The notes: generated by a model not told the origin, from the letters alone. 64,000 nt of DNA from Candidatus Parcubacteria bacterium (GCA_019658995.1 JAIFWN010000002.1:29262-93261); one strand, 5' to 3'. Positions 48,623-60,014 are shown, numbered from the stretch's first letter. Numbers and translations: made by a program.

Positions 48623-49292
48623 GAATGCCGTAAGCATCCCTCTGGCCATCATCGCAGCCGGAGCCATGATAGCGGCGGCTGTATATTTCGGCGGAGGCAA
48701 AGCGATTATCGGCGGCAACCCGCTTCCGAATGATGCCTCTCAGGTAAAGATCGAACCGGTAAGTAACGCCGACCACTTGTTTGGAAGCAGAAATGCCGAA
48801 GTAGTGATAATCGAGTATTCGGATCTTGAGTGCCCGTTCTGCAAAGCTTTCCACAGCACCATGCACCAGATCGTGGATATGTATCAGGGCAGGGTCGCCT
48901 GGGTTTATCGCCACTTCCCAATTGCCGAACTCCATTCCAGAGCACATAAGGAAGCGGAAGCTTCCGAGTGCGCGTTTGACCAGGGAGGCAATGACACTTT
49001 TTGGAAATATATAGACAAGGTGTTCGCCATTACAGGCACCAACAACACCCTTGATCCGGCAGAACTGCCGAAGATTGCCCAGAGCCTTGGACTCGATGTA
49101 GCTAAGTTCAATGAGTGTCTCTCGAGTGGCAAGTATGCAGAAGCTATAAATAAATCCGTTGAGGCTTCTATCGCAGCCGGGGCGCTAGGAACCCCTTACT
49201 CCATAATCGTCAAAGGCGATAGGAAGATCGAGATCAACGGAGCCGAGCCATTTGAAAGTATTAAAGCTAAAATCGATTCACTTCTTAAGTGA
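48591..49292 (+). CDS. DsbA family thiol-disulfide oxidoreductase
   Basis: EYSDLECPFC, YRHFP, GTP. Confidence 0.93.
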   Translation: MPPTATQNTNRNAVSIPLAIIAAGAMIAAAVYFGGGKAIIGGNPLPNDASQVKIEPVSNADHLFGSRNAEVVIIEYSDLECPFCKAFHSTMHQIVDMYQGRVAWVYRHFPIAELHSRAHKEAEASECAFDQGGNDTFWKYIDKVFAITGTNNTLDPAELPKIAQSLGLDVAKFNECLSSGKYAEAINKSVEASIAAGALGTPYSIIVKGDRKIEINGAEPFESIKAKIDSLLK

Positions 49293-49301
49293 GCACGTCC
49301 C

Positions 49302-50117
49302 CTATTCGATAAGTCCCCAGCGATAGATTTCCAAAGAATTTTTGCCTTCGAACATATCAGAGGGGTTCGGCAGAAATATTTTTCTGGTCCGGATTTCTTT
49401 GGTAGCGTCGGAGAGCAATCGGTGGAAGAGTAAGAACTCCTGCTCATGTTCGCGAAAATCGATGACATGCTTTCGGAGTTGAGGTTTACCGTCTTTGTTC
49501 TTTGTCTTCTTGCATTCATAGACGATGAACTTACCGACCGGTCGGCCAAATTCGGAGAGTACTGTGTAGTAATTGAAGAGGGCCTGGATCATGAAAAGCG
49601 GATTATCGAGACCGAGCGATCCGAACGAACCCATGAATTTGTGATCGACTATATCTACAGCTCCTGGCTCAGTACGGGACTCCACCACCAAGTCAGATAT
49701 TGCCTTGACCGGAATATCGATGCCTGGGATGCGAGCGATAACCTTCACTTCTACGCCTAAGACCTTGTGACGCGGCGGTTTCGCCAGATAAAAGGATACT
49801 GCCTGGCGATACTCTGCCTCCATATGAGCACGTTTTTTCTTCTTTTCAGCGAGTGATTCGGCTTTCCCAAAGTTGATCTCGAAGTCCGGCACCTCCCTGA
49901 GATACAGAAGGCCTTGTTCAATAGCAAACTCCTGGGTACCGCCCTTGTAATAATGCTCAAGAGCCGTGTGCGCAGCCCGCCCTATGACCGAAGCTGGTGT
50001 GGCTGGTGTATCGAAAACACCTTCTACATACCTCTTATGCCACGCCAGGGGGTTACGGAGGTAGGTAACAAGGGAGGAGTAGCTCCAATGCTTGATTGGG
50101 TATTTATTCCTCTTCAT
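49302..50117 (-). CDS. PD-(D/E)XK nuclease (RecB/AddB C-terminal-like)
   Basis: WSYSSL..Y..NP, GRAAH.ALE, SDLV..IVDHK, Q...Y. Confidence 0.8.
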   Translation of the reverse strand: MKRNKYPIKHWSYSSLVTYLRNPLAWHKRYVEGVFDTPATPASVIGRAAHTALEHYYKGGTQEFAIEQGLLYLREVPDFEINFGKAESLAEKKKKRAHMEAEYRQAVSFYLAKPPRHKVLGVEVKVIARIPGIDIPVKAISDLVVESRTEPGAVDIVDHKFMGSFGSLGLDNPLFMIQALFNYYTVLSEFGRPVGKFIVYECKKTKNKDGKPQLRKHVIDFREHEQEFLLFHRLLSDATKEIRTRKIFLPNPSDMFEGKNSLEIYRWGLIE

Positions 50118-50183
50118 AGCCCTATTTTAGCATTTGTCGAAAAAATCCGAGTCTTTCGTCTATAGAAGAAGACTATTGAGGAG

Positions 50184-50690
50184 ATGACTATGAGGCCTGC
50201 AATGATAATCGGCTGGATCTTCCTCGTTCTTTCGTTTGTGGTAGCTTGTATGCTCGCGTCGGACATGTATTACGGAGTTGAGCTCGCTGCTCGCGAACAT
50301 GCCAAGATCATGGCATTTCTTGCCACTGCGGCCATGCCATGGTTCCTCTTCGATATCTGTCTGAAACTGCGGGAGATCCAGCAGGAACAGCTCGCGCTCG
50401 CGCGAGCTGTTTTAATACCCTCTCAGTCTGTTTATCTTATCGTGCTGACGGATCTTCTCGTGAGCTTTGGCCTCAATTTGGCGGATGCGCTCGCGGGTAA
50501 CGCCGAAAACTCTGCCGACTTCCTCAAGAGTATGAGTATAGCCGTCGGTCAGGCCGTGGCGCATTTCCAGGATCTTTCTTTCTTTCGGCGGCAGATCGTT
50601 CAGTATTTCCTTGACCTGGTCCGAGATGATACGTCGCGAGCTCTCCTCAGCCGGGGAAAGTATTTTGTCATCGGCCAGAAAGTCCCCTAG
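50184..50690 (+). CDS. orphan 2-TM protein whose frame runs antisense into rpoD
   Basis: GAGGAG SD and hydrophobic N-half; 3' 279 nt overlap rpoD, so the true end is uncertain. Confidence 0.4.
   Translation: MTMRPAMIIGWIFLVLSFVVACMLASDMYYGVELAAREHAKIMAFLATAAMPWFLFDICLKLREIQQEQLALARAVLIPSQSVYLIVLTDLLVSFGLNLADALAGNAENSADFLKSMSIAVGQAVAHFQDLSFFRRQIVQYFLDLVRDDTSRALLSRGKYFVIGQKVP
50386..50413. terminator. perfect 11-bp hairpin next to the rpoD stop
   Basis: AACAGCTCGCG-CTCG-CGCGAGCTGTT TT. Confidence 0.75.
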
Positions 50691-51617
50691 CTTGGATTTG
50701 CCGTCATCGCCTTCCTCTCCGACAGGGCTCTCAAGGGATACCGTAGACTGGTCAATCTTTTCTATCTGATAAATTTTTTCGACATCCAAATTCATTTCCA
50801 TGGCAATTTCCTCCGGCAGCGGTTCACGTCCGAGATCTTGCGTCAGTCTCCGGACGACTTGCTTGTATTTCGCGATAGTTTCGACCATGTGCACCGGTAC
50901 GCGGATGGTGCGGCTCTGGTCGGCAAGCGCACGGGTAATGGCCTGCCTGATCCACCAGGTAGCATAAGTGGAAAATTTATAACCCTTGGTCCAGTCGAAC
51001 TTTTCCACTGCCTTGTAGAGACCCAGATTCCCTTCTTGTATGAGGTCGAGGAGAGTAAGATCGGGAGAGCGGTTGGCGTATTTTTTGGCTATGGAGACCA
51101 CCAGACGCAGGTTGGCCTGCGCCAAGAGATTCCTTGCTTCCACATCCCCGGCTTCGATGCGCTTGGCAAGCTCCTTCTCCATATTACCGGATATGAGCGG
51201 ATAACGGCCTATTTCCTTAAGATACATCTGAATAGAGTCGTATGCAGAGTCAGATTTTGAGTAATACTTCTTATCGTCATCGGTGTTGTGAATCTCGAGA
51301 AGCCCCCCTCCTTCCAATACATCCACACCGGCACTGTGGAGCTTCTCATACAGCTCGTCCAGGAAAATAATATTTGTCTCGACATTCGGGAATTCCTTGA
51401 GTATCTCATCATAGGTAATGAAGCCGCGCTCCTTGCCGCGGACTATGAGCCGGTTGACCCTGGTCTCTGCCTCCTGAGCCTTCTTGGAAAGAGCTCTCGG
51501 TTTGACGGGTTTCGCCGCTTTCTTTTTTATAACCTTTTTGGCATGGCCCTTTTTGACCCGCGATTTTACGCCGGTCTTCTTTGCCTTTTGTTTCTTTTTT
51601 TGTTTCTTTTTGGGCAT
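50412..51617 (-). CDS. rpoD: RNA polymerase primary sigma factor
   Basis: [45 protein letters not shown]. Confidence 0.98.
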   Translation of the reverse strand: MPKKKQKKKQKAKKTGVKSRVKKGHAKKVIKKKAAKPVKPRALSKKAQEAETRVNRLIVRGKERGFITYDEILKEFPNVETNIIFLDELYEKLHSAGVDVLEGGGLLEIHNTDDDKKYYSKSDSAYDSIQMYLKEIGRYPLISGNMEKELAKRIEAGDVEARNLLAQANLRLVVSIAKKYANRSPDLTLLDLIQEGNLGLYKAVEKFDWTKGYKFSTYATWWIRQAITRALADQSRTIRVPVHMVETIAKYKQVVRRLTQDLGREPLPEEIAMEMNLDVEKIYQIEKIDQSTVSLESPVGEEGDDGKSKLGDFLADDKILSPAEESSRRIISDQVKEILNDLPPKERKILEMRHGLTDGYTHTLEEVGRVFGVTRERIRQIEAKAHEKIRQHDKINRLRGY

Positions 51618-51642
51618 TAACTTTTTATTTTACAACACTTTT

Positions 51643-53223
51643 TTATATTCGGCGCTTCCCCTCATCCAGCTTCCTGGATAAGACTTCGAATTCCCTGAGA
51701 ATCTCATCGCCTCCCTCACCGCGGAAGAGCTTCGTCTGAAGCATTTTCCTCTCTCCCTCGAGATCGATTTCCGTGAGTCTGCTCCTCAGCAAAGACTCTT
51801 CCCTGAGGAGTGCCCTGCCCTCTTCAGACGCCTCTGGAAAATCTTTCTGCCATGCCAGAACTTCCTTCAATCGCTCCTCAATAAGATCCCTCAAGGGTAA
51901 GGTGACTTTGCTTTCGATATCGTTTTCATTTACCGTCGCTCGTCCGGATACCTCCGGAGCCTTGACGCGCTTGAGATCTTCAAGTATCACTTCTTCCCTT
52001 ATGCCGGTACGCTTGGCAATAAGCGAGACGAAATGCGAACGTTCTATGGCACTTTGGACCAAAGCAAGGATCGGAAGGATCTTCTTCTCTACAGCCTTGC
52101 CGATCTTACGCGAATCCTTCTCAGCCTTGAGAACTTCATCCAGAAATATTTCTATAGCGCTTTTCGACGAGCGCAGAACATCCTTCCACCTCTCAGGATC
52201 TTCTTTGGCAAGATCGGCCGGATCTTTGCCGTCCGGCAATTTCGCCACCTTTACTTCCATGCCCAGGCTAAGAGCGAGGATCGTACTTTTCTCGGCCGCT
52301 TTCACTCCCGCAGTGTCGCCATCGAAAGCCAGTATTATACGGGGAGAGAGGCGCTTCAGCCGTTCCAGGTGAGCTTCGGTGAATGCGGTACCCGAAGAAG
52401 CGACAGTATTCCTTACCCCGGCCTGGTGCGAAAGCACCAAATCGAGCTGGCCCTCGACAAGAATGGCATAATCCTTCCTTCTTATATCCTCGCGGGCTTT
52501 GTCCAAACCGTAGAGAACTTCGCTTTTGGTAAACAGCGGCGTATCGGGACTGTTTAAGTACTTCGGCTCGACATCCTTACCTAATGCGCGGCCGGAAAAG
52601 GCTATAACCTGTCCTCTCGGATCAAAAAGCGGAAAAATGATGCGTCCGCGGAAGACATCGTACGGCTCCTTGTCCTTATGATCTTCGCTCCTCTTGATCA
52701 GTCCCGCTCTTATCAGGACCTCATCGCTATGGCCGAGAGTCGACATGAACTCCCGGAGTAGTCTCCACTCTTCGGGCACGTATCCCAGGCGCCAGGTCTT
52801 TATGCTTCCTTCGTTTACGCCCCGCTCGGCGAGATACTTAAGCGCTTCGGGAGATTTTTTCAGCTCATTCTCAAAGTACAATGTGGCGTCCTCGAGAACA
52901 GAATAGAGCTTATCCTTGTCATTCTTGCCCTCGCCCCTTTCGAATGTGAGCTCCACACCGGCGCGATCGGCAAGAGTTCTGAGAGCCTGCTTGAAATCTA
53001 CCCCCTCCATCTCCTTGACGAACGTGAAAATGTCCCCCCTGGCTCCGCAGCCAAAGCAGTAGTAGCTCTGGCGCGACGGGGAGATCATGAAGCTCGCAGT
53101 CTTCTCATTGTGGAAGGGGCATTTAGCTTTGAAATTCTGCCCCGCCTTCTGAAGCTGTACGTAACTTCCTATGACCTCCTCGACACTCAGACGTTCTTTG
53201 ATTGCTTCAACATTTCCTCGCAT
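51643..53223 (-). CDS. dnaG: DNA primase
   Basis: CPFHNEKT..CFGC zinc finger, KYLNSPDT, VEG, FDGD, KDPAD. Confidence 0.97.
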   Translation of the reverse strand: MRGNVEAIKERLSVEEVIGSYVQLQKAGQNFKAKCPFHNEKTASFMISPSRQSYYCFGCGARGDIFTFVKEMEGVDFKQALRTLADRAGVELTFERGEGKNDKDKLYSVLEDATLYFENELKKSPEALKYLAERGVNEGSIKTWRLGYVPEEWRLLREFMSTLGHSDEVLIRAGLIKRSEDHKDKEPYDVFRGRIIFPLFDPRGQVIAFSGRALGKDVEPKYLNSPDTPLFTKSEVLYGLDKAREDIRRKDYAILVEGQLDLVLSHQAGVRNTVASSGTAFTEAHLERLKRLSPRIILAFDGDTAGVKAAEKSTILALSLGMEVKVAKLPDGKDPADLAKEDPERWKDVLRSSKSAIEIFLDEVLKAEKDSRKIGKAVEKKILPILALVQSAIERSHFVSLIAKRTGIREEVILEDLKRVKAPEVSGRATVNENDIESKVTLPLRDLIEERLKEVLAWQKDFPEASEEGRALLREESLLRSRLTEIDLEGERKMLQTKLFRGEGGDEILREFEVLSRKLDEGKRRI

Positions 53224-56200
53224 ATGAGTTTCTCTTTAAATCCGCCCTTGAAACCTGTACCTGCGGGAATCAGTCTGCCAATGATAACATTTTCCTTTAG
53301 TCCGAGGAGTTCGTCATCGGCGCCGCGGATAGCAGCCTGGATGAGCACCCTGGGAGTATGCTGGAAAGAGGCCGCCGAGAGGAAAGAGGCGCGGGATAGA
53401 GAAACTTCGGTGATACCCATGATGACCGGATCAGCTTTGACATCGGTACCGGTGAGCTCTGAGACCTCGACTACATCACCGCGGGTATAGGTGGTTGTAC
53501 CGGCATCCCTGACTTTTCTCCTTGCGAACATCTGTCTGATAATGAGCTCAATGTGCTTGTGGGAGACTGCGGCACCCTGGAGTTCATAGAGTTTGGAGAC
53601 CTCGTGAATGATATATTCAGATGTTGCTTCTTTGCCGGCATAGCGGAAGAGTTCATCCAGATCGGCCGAGCCGTCTGTCAGAAGTTCGCCTTTTTTGACC
53701 GTTGCGCCGACGCGAGTAAGAATACTTCTTGAAGGAGCCACTACATACTCTGTCTCCAGTTTCTTGGCCTTGGCAGTCTTAGCCTCGCTTTCATCCGGCA
53801 GGAGAACGATAATGCGATCATGACCGTCCATCTTGATCTCGCTTACGGTTCCGTTGACATGAGCGATGACGGCCGGATTTTTGGGTTTTCGTTTTTCGAA
53901 TATTTCTTCGACGCGAGGGAGGCCGGCAGTGATGTCACCTGCGGTCGAGGCCACGCCTCCGGCATGGAAGGTTCTCATGGTGAGCTGAGTTCCCGGTTCA
54001 CCGATAGCCTGGGCGGCTACCGTACCGACAGCTTCGCCAAGTTCCACGACCTTATTGCTGCCGTGATCGATGCCATAGCATCTCACACAGATGCCGTGCT
54101 CGCTCTTACAGACCATCGGACTTCTCACTGAAACGCTTTCAATATTCGATTTGTCTATCGTTTCCGCATCGTGCTTTTCTATGTAATGACCGGTTTTGAA
54201 TATCACATCACCCTTATCATTCACTACGTCCTTTGCAATGAAGCGGCCACGTACGGATTTGGATAGTGGGATCTGGATACCAGAAGCGGTTTTCCTGGTA
54301 ACGACAATTCCCTCCTTTGTACCGCAATCCTCTTCGGTAACGATTTCATCCTGGGCAACGTCGAAGAGACGGCGGGTAAGGTAACCTGCCTTGGCGGTGT
54401 TGAGTGCGGTGTCAGTAAGACCTTTGCGCGAACCGTGGGTGGTGATGAAGTACTCAAGAGGAGTAAGACCCTCCTTATAGCAGGAGGTTATCGGGAATTC
54501 CAGAGATTCTCCGGCGACATTGGTAATAATACCTTTCATGCCGGCCATCTGGTTTAGATTGCCGAAAGAGCCGCGAGCACCTGAATATGTCATGTCATAA
54601 ACGGAGTCTTTGGTGGAAAGAGTGCCGGGTATGAGTGCTTCGATTTCTGATTTTATGCTCTGCCAGATCTCGACCGACTTCTGTATCCTCTCTTTTTCGG
54701 AGAGAAGGCCGTCATTCCACTGGTCAATAACCTTCTGCACTTCTGTCCTGCCCTTCTCGATAATCTTGTCTTTTTCCGCGGGGATCTTCACATCATCTAT
54801 TCCCCAGGTCACTCCGGAAGTGGTGGCGTAGCGGAATCCGAAATCCTTGATCTTGTCGGCGATGGCCGGCAATGCCTCAATGCCGTACCGCTCAATGAGA
54901 TCGTCAACCAGATCTCCCATCTTCTTCTTGTCTATTTCATGATTGAGGAACGGATAATGGGAAGGGAGTATAGAGTTGAAGAGAAGTCTGCCGACGGAGG
55001 TCTCGAATATCTTGCCCTCGAAGTGCTTGTACTTGTCGCTCTCGGTTGCAAGAACCTTAATCTTGGCCCTGAAGCTGACAACGTCGAAGTCGTATGCGGT
55101 GATAGCCGCGTTGGGACTCGAGTAATATCTTCCCTCTCCCTTCTCGCCCGGAATGATGCGCGTCATCCAGTATGTGCCAAGAGCGATGTCGAGCATCTTG
55201 TTAGTGATCACCGGTTCGCCGTTGCCCGGCTTCAATATATTTTTGTCAGCGGCCATAATCAGACGCGCTTCGGCCTGAGATTCATCCGAGAGCGGAACGT
55301 GCACAGCCATCTGATCTCCGTCGAAGTCAGCGTTGAAGGCAGTACATACGAGCGGGTGGAGCTGAATAGCGTTGCCTTCGATAAGTATCGGCTGGAAAGC
55401 CTGAATACCGAGGCGGTGGAGAGTAGGCGCACGGTTCAAGAGCACGTACTTGTTCCTGATCACCTCCTCGAGTATTGCCCAGACCTCAGGGATAGCGTCT
55501 TCGATCAAGCGGCGCGCACCCGGGATGTTGTACGCGAGCTCGCGCTTTAAGAGTTCTGAAATGATAAACGGCTTGAAGAGCTCGAGCGCCATGTGTTTGG
55601 GTAGGCCGCACTGATGGAGCTTCAGTTCGGGACCGACGACAATGACTGATCGGCCGGAATAATCCACGCGCTTACCCAGGAGGTTTTGACGGAAGAGGCC
55701 CCGCTTGCCCTTAAGATTATCCGAGAGCGATTTGAGCGGGCGGCGCTGTGCCTGTGAACCCCCGGATGAACCGTGACGGATAGTATTGTCTATGAGAGCA
55801 TCCACAGCCTCCTGAAGAATTCTCTTCTCGTTTCTCAAAATGACATCGGGGGCATTGATCTCCTTCAGTTTTTTCAGGCGGTTGTTGCGGTTGATGACAC
55901 GGCGGTAGAGGTCGTTGACGTCTGAAGTAGCGTATCGTCCGCCGTCAAGGGGCACCATCGGGCGTATAGCTGGAGGTATAACCGGGATCCTGGTGAGGAA
56001 CATCCACTCCGGCCTGACGCCTGCGGTAATCATCCACTGCACTGTAGATGCACGCTTATGGAGTCTCAGGAGTTCCGTAGCCGGAGCCTTGGTAATCTCC
56101 TCTTCGAGCTCCGAGTGCAGCTTCTTCAGATCAATCGACTTCAAAATGTTGAAGATTGCCTCCGCCCCGATACCGGCTTCAAATATAGTTGAGTACTTCA

Positions 56201-56822
56201 TGCCGAAGCGGTGGTACTCGACTTCGTCGAGTACGCGTCCAGGCACGAGCGACTCGATGTCATGCCTGGTTTGAGTAGCCAGCTCTTTCAGAGCTTCTTT
56301 GGCCTTGTCGTCATGAAGACTCTTAACTTTGGATTTGAACTCGCTTTCAAGATCCCTCATCACACGGGACTTCTCACTCTCGCTTACTGATGTGACTATG
56401 TAGCCGGCAAAATATATAACCTTTTCAAGGTCGGCTACCGGTATACCCATGACAAGAGAGATGCGCGAAGGCACGTTCTTCAGGAACCATATATGGGCAA
56501 CCGGGGAAGCGAGCTCGATGTGGCCCATTCTCTCGCGCCGTACGATGGAACGGGTAATCTCCACGCCGCACTTCTCGCAGATAATACCCTTGTACCGGAT
56601 ACCGCGATATTTGCCGCAATAACATTCGAAGTCCCTGTCGGGGCCGAATATCTTCTCGTCGAAGAGGCCGTTACGCTCAGATCTCTGTGTGCGGTAGTTG
56701 ATGGTTTCAGGCTTGGTAACTTCGCCGTATGACCACTCCTTGATGCGCTCAGGACTGGCAAGCTTGATGCCTATGAGGTCGAAGTCCTTGGTGTCGATTG
56801 TTTTTCTGTTGGTGTAGTTCAT
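53187..56822 (-). CDS. rpoC: RNA polymerase beta' subunit
   Basis: NADFDGDQMAVH, GKRVDYSGRSVI, GEPGTQLTMRTFH. Confidence 0.99.
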   Translation of the reverse strand: MNYTNRKTIDTKDFDLIGIKLASPERIKEWSYGEVTKPETINYRTQRSERNGLFDEKIFGPDRDFECYCGKYRGIRYKGIICEKCGVEITRSIVRRERMGHIELASPVAHIWFLKNVPSRISLVMGIPVADLEKVIYFAGYIVTSVSESEKSRVMRDLESEFKSKVKSLHDDKAKEALKELATQTRHDIESLVPGRVLDEVEYHRFGMKYSTIFEAGIGAEAIFNILKSIDLKKLHSELEEEITKAPATELLRLHKRASTVQWMITAGVRPEWMFLTRIPVIPPAIRPMVPLDGGRYATSDVNDLYRRVINRNNRLKKLKEINAPDVILRNEKRILQEAVDALIDNTIRHGSSGGSQAQRRPLKSLSDNLKGKRGLFRQNLLGKRVDYSGRSVIVVGPELKLHQCGLPKHMALELFKPFIISELLKRELAYNIPGARRLIEDAIPEVWAILEEVIRNKYVLLNRAPTLHRLGIQAFQPILIEGNAIQLHPLVCTAFNADFDGDQMAVHVPLSDESQAEARLIMAADKNILKPGNGEPVITNKMLDIALGTYWMTRIIPGEKGEGRYYSSPNAAITAYDFDVVSFRAKIKVLATESDKYKHFEGKIFETSVGRLLFNSILPSHYPFLNHEIDKKKMGDLVDDLIERYGIEALPAIADKIKDFGFRYATTSGVTWGIDDVKIPAEKDKIIEKGRTEVQKVIDQWNDGLLSEKERIQKSVEIWQSIKSEIEALIPGTLSTKDSVYDMTYSGARGSFGNLNQMAGMKGIITNVAGESLEFPITSCYKEGLTPLEYFITTHGSRKGLTDTALNTAKAGYLTRRLFDVAQDEIVTEEDCGTKEGIVVTRKTASGIQIPLSKSVRGRFIAKDVVNDKGDVIFKTGHYIEKHDAETIDKSNIESVSVRSPMVCKSEHGICVRCYGIDHGSNKVVELGEAVGTVAAQAIGEPGTQLTMRTFHAGGVASTAGDITAGLPRVEEIFEKRKPKNPAVIAHVNGTVSEIKMDGHDRIIVLLPDESEAKTAKAKKLETEYVVAPSRSILTRVGATVKKGELLTDGSADLDELFRYAGKEATSEYIIHEVSKLYELQGAAVSHKHIELIIRQMFARRKVRDAGTTTYTRGDVVEVSELTGTDVKADPVIMGITEVSLSRASFLSAASFQHTPRVLIQAAIRGADDELLGLKENVIIGRLIPAGTGFKGGFKEKLICEEMLKQSKNV

Positions 56823-56828
56823 GAGGGT

Positions 56829-59800
56829 TTAGTTAGTTGCCTCGGGCTTCCTTTTTTTCACATCTATATCGAGTGCCAGACCTCTCAAGTTGTTTACCAA
56901 GACGTTGAATGATGCTGGGGTGCCTGGTTCCTGGATCTTCTCACCCTTGACTATCGCATCGAAAGCCGCAGATCGTCCCTGAATGTCGTCGGACTTTATG
57001 GTAAGCATTTCGCGGAGCGTGTGTCCCACGCCGTGACCGAGAAGCGCCCAGACTTCCATTTCTCCGAATCTCTGACCTCCGTTCTGGGCCTTACCCCCGA
57101 GCGGCTGCTGGGTAATGAGGGAGTACGGACCGATAGATCGCATATGAATCTTATCCTCAACCATGTGGTGGAGCTTCAGGATGTACATATAGCCGACTGC
57201 GATCTCCTGATCGAAGGCCTCTCCTGTACGGCCGTCGAAGAGTCTCATCTTTCCATTTTCCTTAAAGCCGGCCTTCTTGAGTTCCGCCTTAATTTCCTCC
57301 TCCTCAGCACCGGCAAACGGAGGAACAATGGCCTGATAATTGAGTGTATTCGCAGCTAGACCTAAATGCATTTCAAGAATTTGCCCCAGGTTCATGCGGC
57401 TCGGCACACCGAGCGGAGTGAGAATGATATCTATGGGAGTGCCGTCTGCCATATATGGCATATCTTCGACCGGCAGGATCTTCGATATAACACCCTTATT
57501 ACCGTGGCGGCCAGCGAGCTTGTCACCGACTGAAACGTTACGGAGCTGAGCGACCTGTATATGAATCTGCTTTAGGATTCCGCTCTCCAGCTTATCTCCC
57601 CTTTCCCGCGAGAAGACCTGGACTGATATGATGCGTCCGCGCTTGCCTCCTTCCATACGCTTAGACGTATCCTTGACATCACGAGCCTTTTCACCGAAGA
57701 GCGAACGGAGCAAGCGTTCCTCCGGAGTAAGCTGGCTCTCGCCCTTCGGAGTAATCTTGCCTACAAGAATATCGCCCGGTCTGACTTCTGCGCCTACACG
57801 AATAATGCCGTCTTCAGCCAAGTTCTTAAGCTTGCTCTCTCCGACATTCGGGATGTCGCAGGTAATGACCTCCGGACCAAGTTTGGTATCGCGGACGTTC
57901 ACGATAAAGTCCTCTATATGTATGGAGGTGAACTTGGACTCCTTCACCAGTCTTTCGGATAGGATGATTGCGTCTTCGTAGTTGGCGCCGCTCCAGCTCA
58001 TGAAGGCCACCAGTATGTTTTGTCCCAGAGCCATTTGGCCGTGTTCTGAAGAAGAGGTATCGGCAATAACTTCGCCTTTTTTGACCTTCTGTCCGACTTC
58101 CACAGACGGACGCTGATGGAAAGCGGTGAAGCCGTTTGTCATGGAGAAGTTCACGAGCGGGAACTTGTGATCATCGCCTTTATTGTCGGTAAGGACTATC
58201 GATTTGCCGTCAACATAAGTGATAGAGCCGGCGCATGGAGCAATAACGAGCCGTCCGGTGTCGCGCACAGCCTTCTCTTCTATACCAGTAGCAACAAGCG
58301 GAGCCTCGGGGATGATACACGGAGTTGCCTGCTTCTGCATGTTGCTACCCATCAGAGCGCGGTTGGCATCATCGTGGTTAAGAAACGGGATCATTGAGGT
58401 GGCTATGGAGAAAGCCTGATTAGTAGCGACATCTATATAGTCGACTTTCTCGCGTCGCACGGTGTGGGGCTCGCCCTTATGGCGGACGTCGATAATATCA
58501 TTCACCAGTTTTCCGCCCTCACCCACCGGAGTGGCGGCGTGAGCGATGTTGTACTGCTCTTCCTCGAGAGCATTCAGATATTTGATCTCGCCGGTTATCG
58601 CACCGTCTCTGACAACTGCATAAGGTGTCTCGATCATACCGAAGTCATTGACCTTGGCGTAACTCGAAAGGCGTAGTATTAGGCCGATGTTCGGACCTTC
58701 TGGCGTGTGGATGGGACAGAGCCTGCCGTAGTGGCTTGGATGCACGTCGCGGACCTCATAGCCGGCACGGGCTCGGTTGAGTCCACCAGGACCGAGAGCA
58801 GAGAGGGTGCGGAGATGCTCTATCTCCGTGAGCGCGTTCTCCTGCTGCATGAACTGCGAGAGCTGGTTTGTGGTGAAGAACTCCTTCATCCTGGCCTGCA
58901 ATGGCTTCGGAGAAATGAACTGTACCGGCAAAGTGACGTCGGTATCGATAGTGGACATCCTGTTCTGAATGTTTCTCTTGATCTGAGCCATGCCGACGCG
59001 TATCTTCTGCTGGAAGAGCTCTCCTACGTACCGCACGCGACGGCTTCCCAGATGATCGATGTCGTCCGGCATGGCATTCGGAGTGACATTCAGGTGCACG
59101 ATGTGTGAGACGATTATCTTCATATCTTCGAGCGAAAGGGTGCGGCGATCCATTTCCTTGTCACTCTGTTTGAGGTGGAAGCGGTTGTTGAAGCGGAAAC
59201 GCCCGACTCGGGAGAGGTCGTAGCGCTCGGTGTCAAAGATAGAACGCACGAATTCGCGGGCGTTCTCGGCCGAAGCCAGATCGCCGTCACGGAGTCTCTT
59301 ATGGATTTCGATAGCCGCCTCGTCCTCGGTAGTAGTATGATCCTTGGCCAAAGTCTTCTCTATATATGGACGTGCCTCGGACTGGTCAGCAAAAAGACCA
59401 AGGATTTTCTCATTGGTAGCCGCACCGAAAGCCCGCAGAAGCGTAGTGACAGGAAATTTTCTTTTCCTGTCTATGCGCACGTTTATGACTCCGTCTGCAT
59501 CCGTCTCGAACTCTATCCAGGCGCCTCTGGCCGGAATAACTTTCGCTCCGAAAGTTTTCTTGGTTTTGACTTCCTGCGAGGTGAAGAATACGCCGAAAGA
59601 GCGCGCCAGCTGGGGTACGACTACACGTTCGATACCGGAGATGATGAAAGTTCCATGATCCGTCATGAGCGGGAAGTCCGCCATAAAGAGCTCCTGCTCC
59701 TTCTCAGTCTTCTGGATAAAGTTCTTTAGGCGGATTTTGACGCGAAGCGGTGCTTCGTAAGACATCTTCTTCTCCTTTGCCTCATACTCGTCCATCTTCG

Positions 59801-60014
59801 GCTTGTCTAGCTCGAAGCCGACGAAGTCGAGCTGGAACTTGCGCTCAGAAAAATCCTTGATGGATGAGAACTCCTGAAAAACCTCTTTAAGACCCGTCTC
59901 TATAAGCCACTTGAAACTATCGACCTGCGAAACCACAAGGTTTGGCATGTCAGTGAGCGGCTCGCGGAAACGGCCGAAGAACTTCTTCGGCCTTGCCGAG
60001 GACTTAATTGACAT
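56829..60014 (-). CDS. rpoB: RNA polymerase beta subunit
   Basis: TPEGPNIGL, GSNMQKQ, GDKLAGRHGNKGV, GGQRFGEME. Confidence 0.99.
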   Translation of the reverse strand: MSIKSSARPKKFFGRFREPLTDMPNLVVSQVDSFKWLIETGLKEVFQEFSSIKDFSERKFQLDFVGFELDKPKMDEYEAKEKKMSYEAPLRVKIRLKNFIQKTEKEQELFMADFPLMTDHGTFIISGIERVVVPQLARSFGVFFTSQEVKTKKTFGAKVIPARGAWIEFETDADGVINVRIDRKRKFPVTTLLRAFGAATNEKILGLFADQSEARPYIEKTLAKDHTTTEDEAAIEIHKRLRDGDLASAENAREFVRSIFDTERYDLSRVGRFRFNNRFHLKQSDKEMDRRTLSLEDMKIIVSHIVHLNVTPNAMPDDIDHLGSRRVRYVGELFQQKIRVGMAQIKRNIQNRMSTIDTDVTLPVQFISPKPLQARMKEFFTTNQLSQFMQQENALTEIEHLRTLSALGPGGLNRARAGYEVRDVHPSHYGRLCPIHTPEGPNIGLILRLSSYAKVNDFGMIETPYAVVRDGAITGEIKYLNALEEEQYNIAHAATPVGEGGKLVNDIIDVRHKGEPHTVRREKVDYIDVATNQAFSIATSMIPFLNHDDANRALMGSNMQKQATPCIIPEAPLVATGIEEKAVRDTGRLVIAPCAGSITYVDGKSIVLTDNKGDDHKFPLVNFSMTNGFTAFHQRPSVEVGQKVKKGEVIADTSSSEHGQMALGQNILVAFMSWSGANYEDAIILSERLVKESKFTSIHIEDFIVNVRDTKLGPEVITCDIPNVGESKLKNLAEDGIIRVGAEVRPGDILVGKITPKGESQLTPEERLLRSLFGEKARDVKDTSKRMEGGKRGRIISVQVFSRERGDKLESGILKQIHIQVAQLRNVSVGDKLAGRHGNKGVISKILPVEDMPYMADGTPIDIILTPLGVPSRMNLGQILEMHLGLAANTLNYQAIVPPFAGAEEEEIKAELKKAGFKENGKMRLFDGRTGEAFDQEIAVGYMYILKLHHMVEDKIHMRSIGPYSLITQQPLGGKAQNGGQRFGEMEVWALLGHGVGHTLREMLTIKSDDIQGRSAAFDAIVKGEKIQEPGTPASFNVLVNNLRGLALDIDVKKRKPEATN

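Noticed and set aside
49302-50117. Cas4 / CRISPR locus
   Set aside because: No Fe-S cysteines, no other cas genes and no array in the window.
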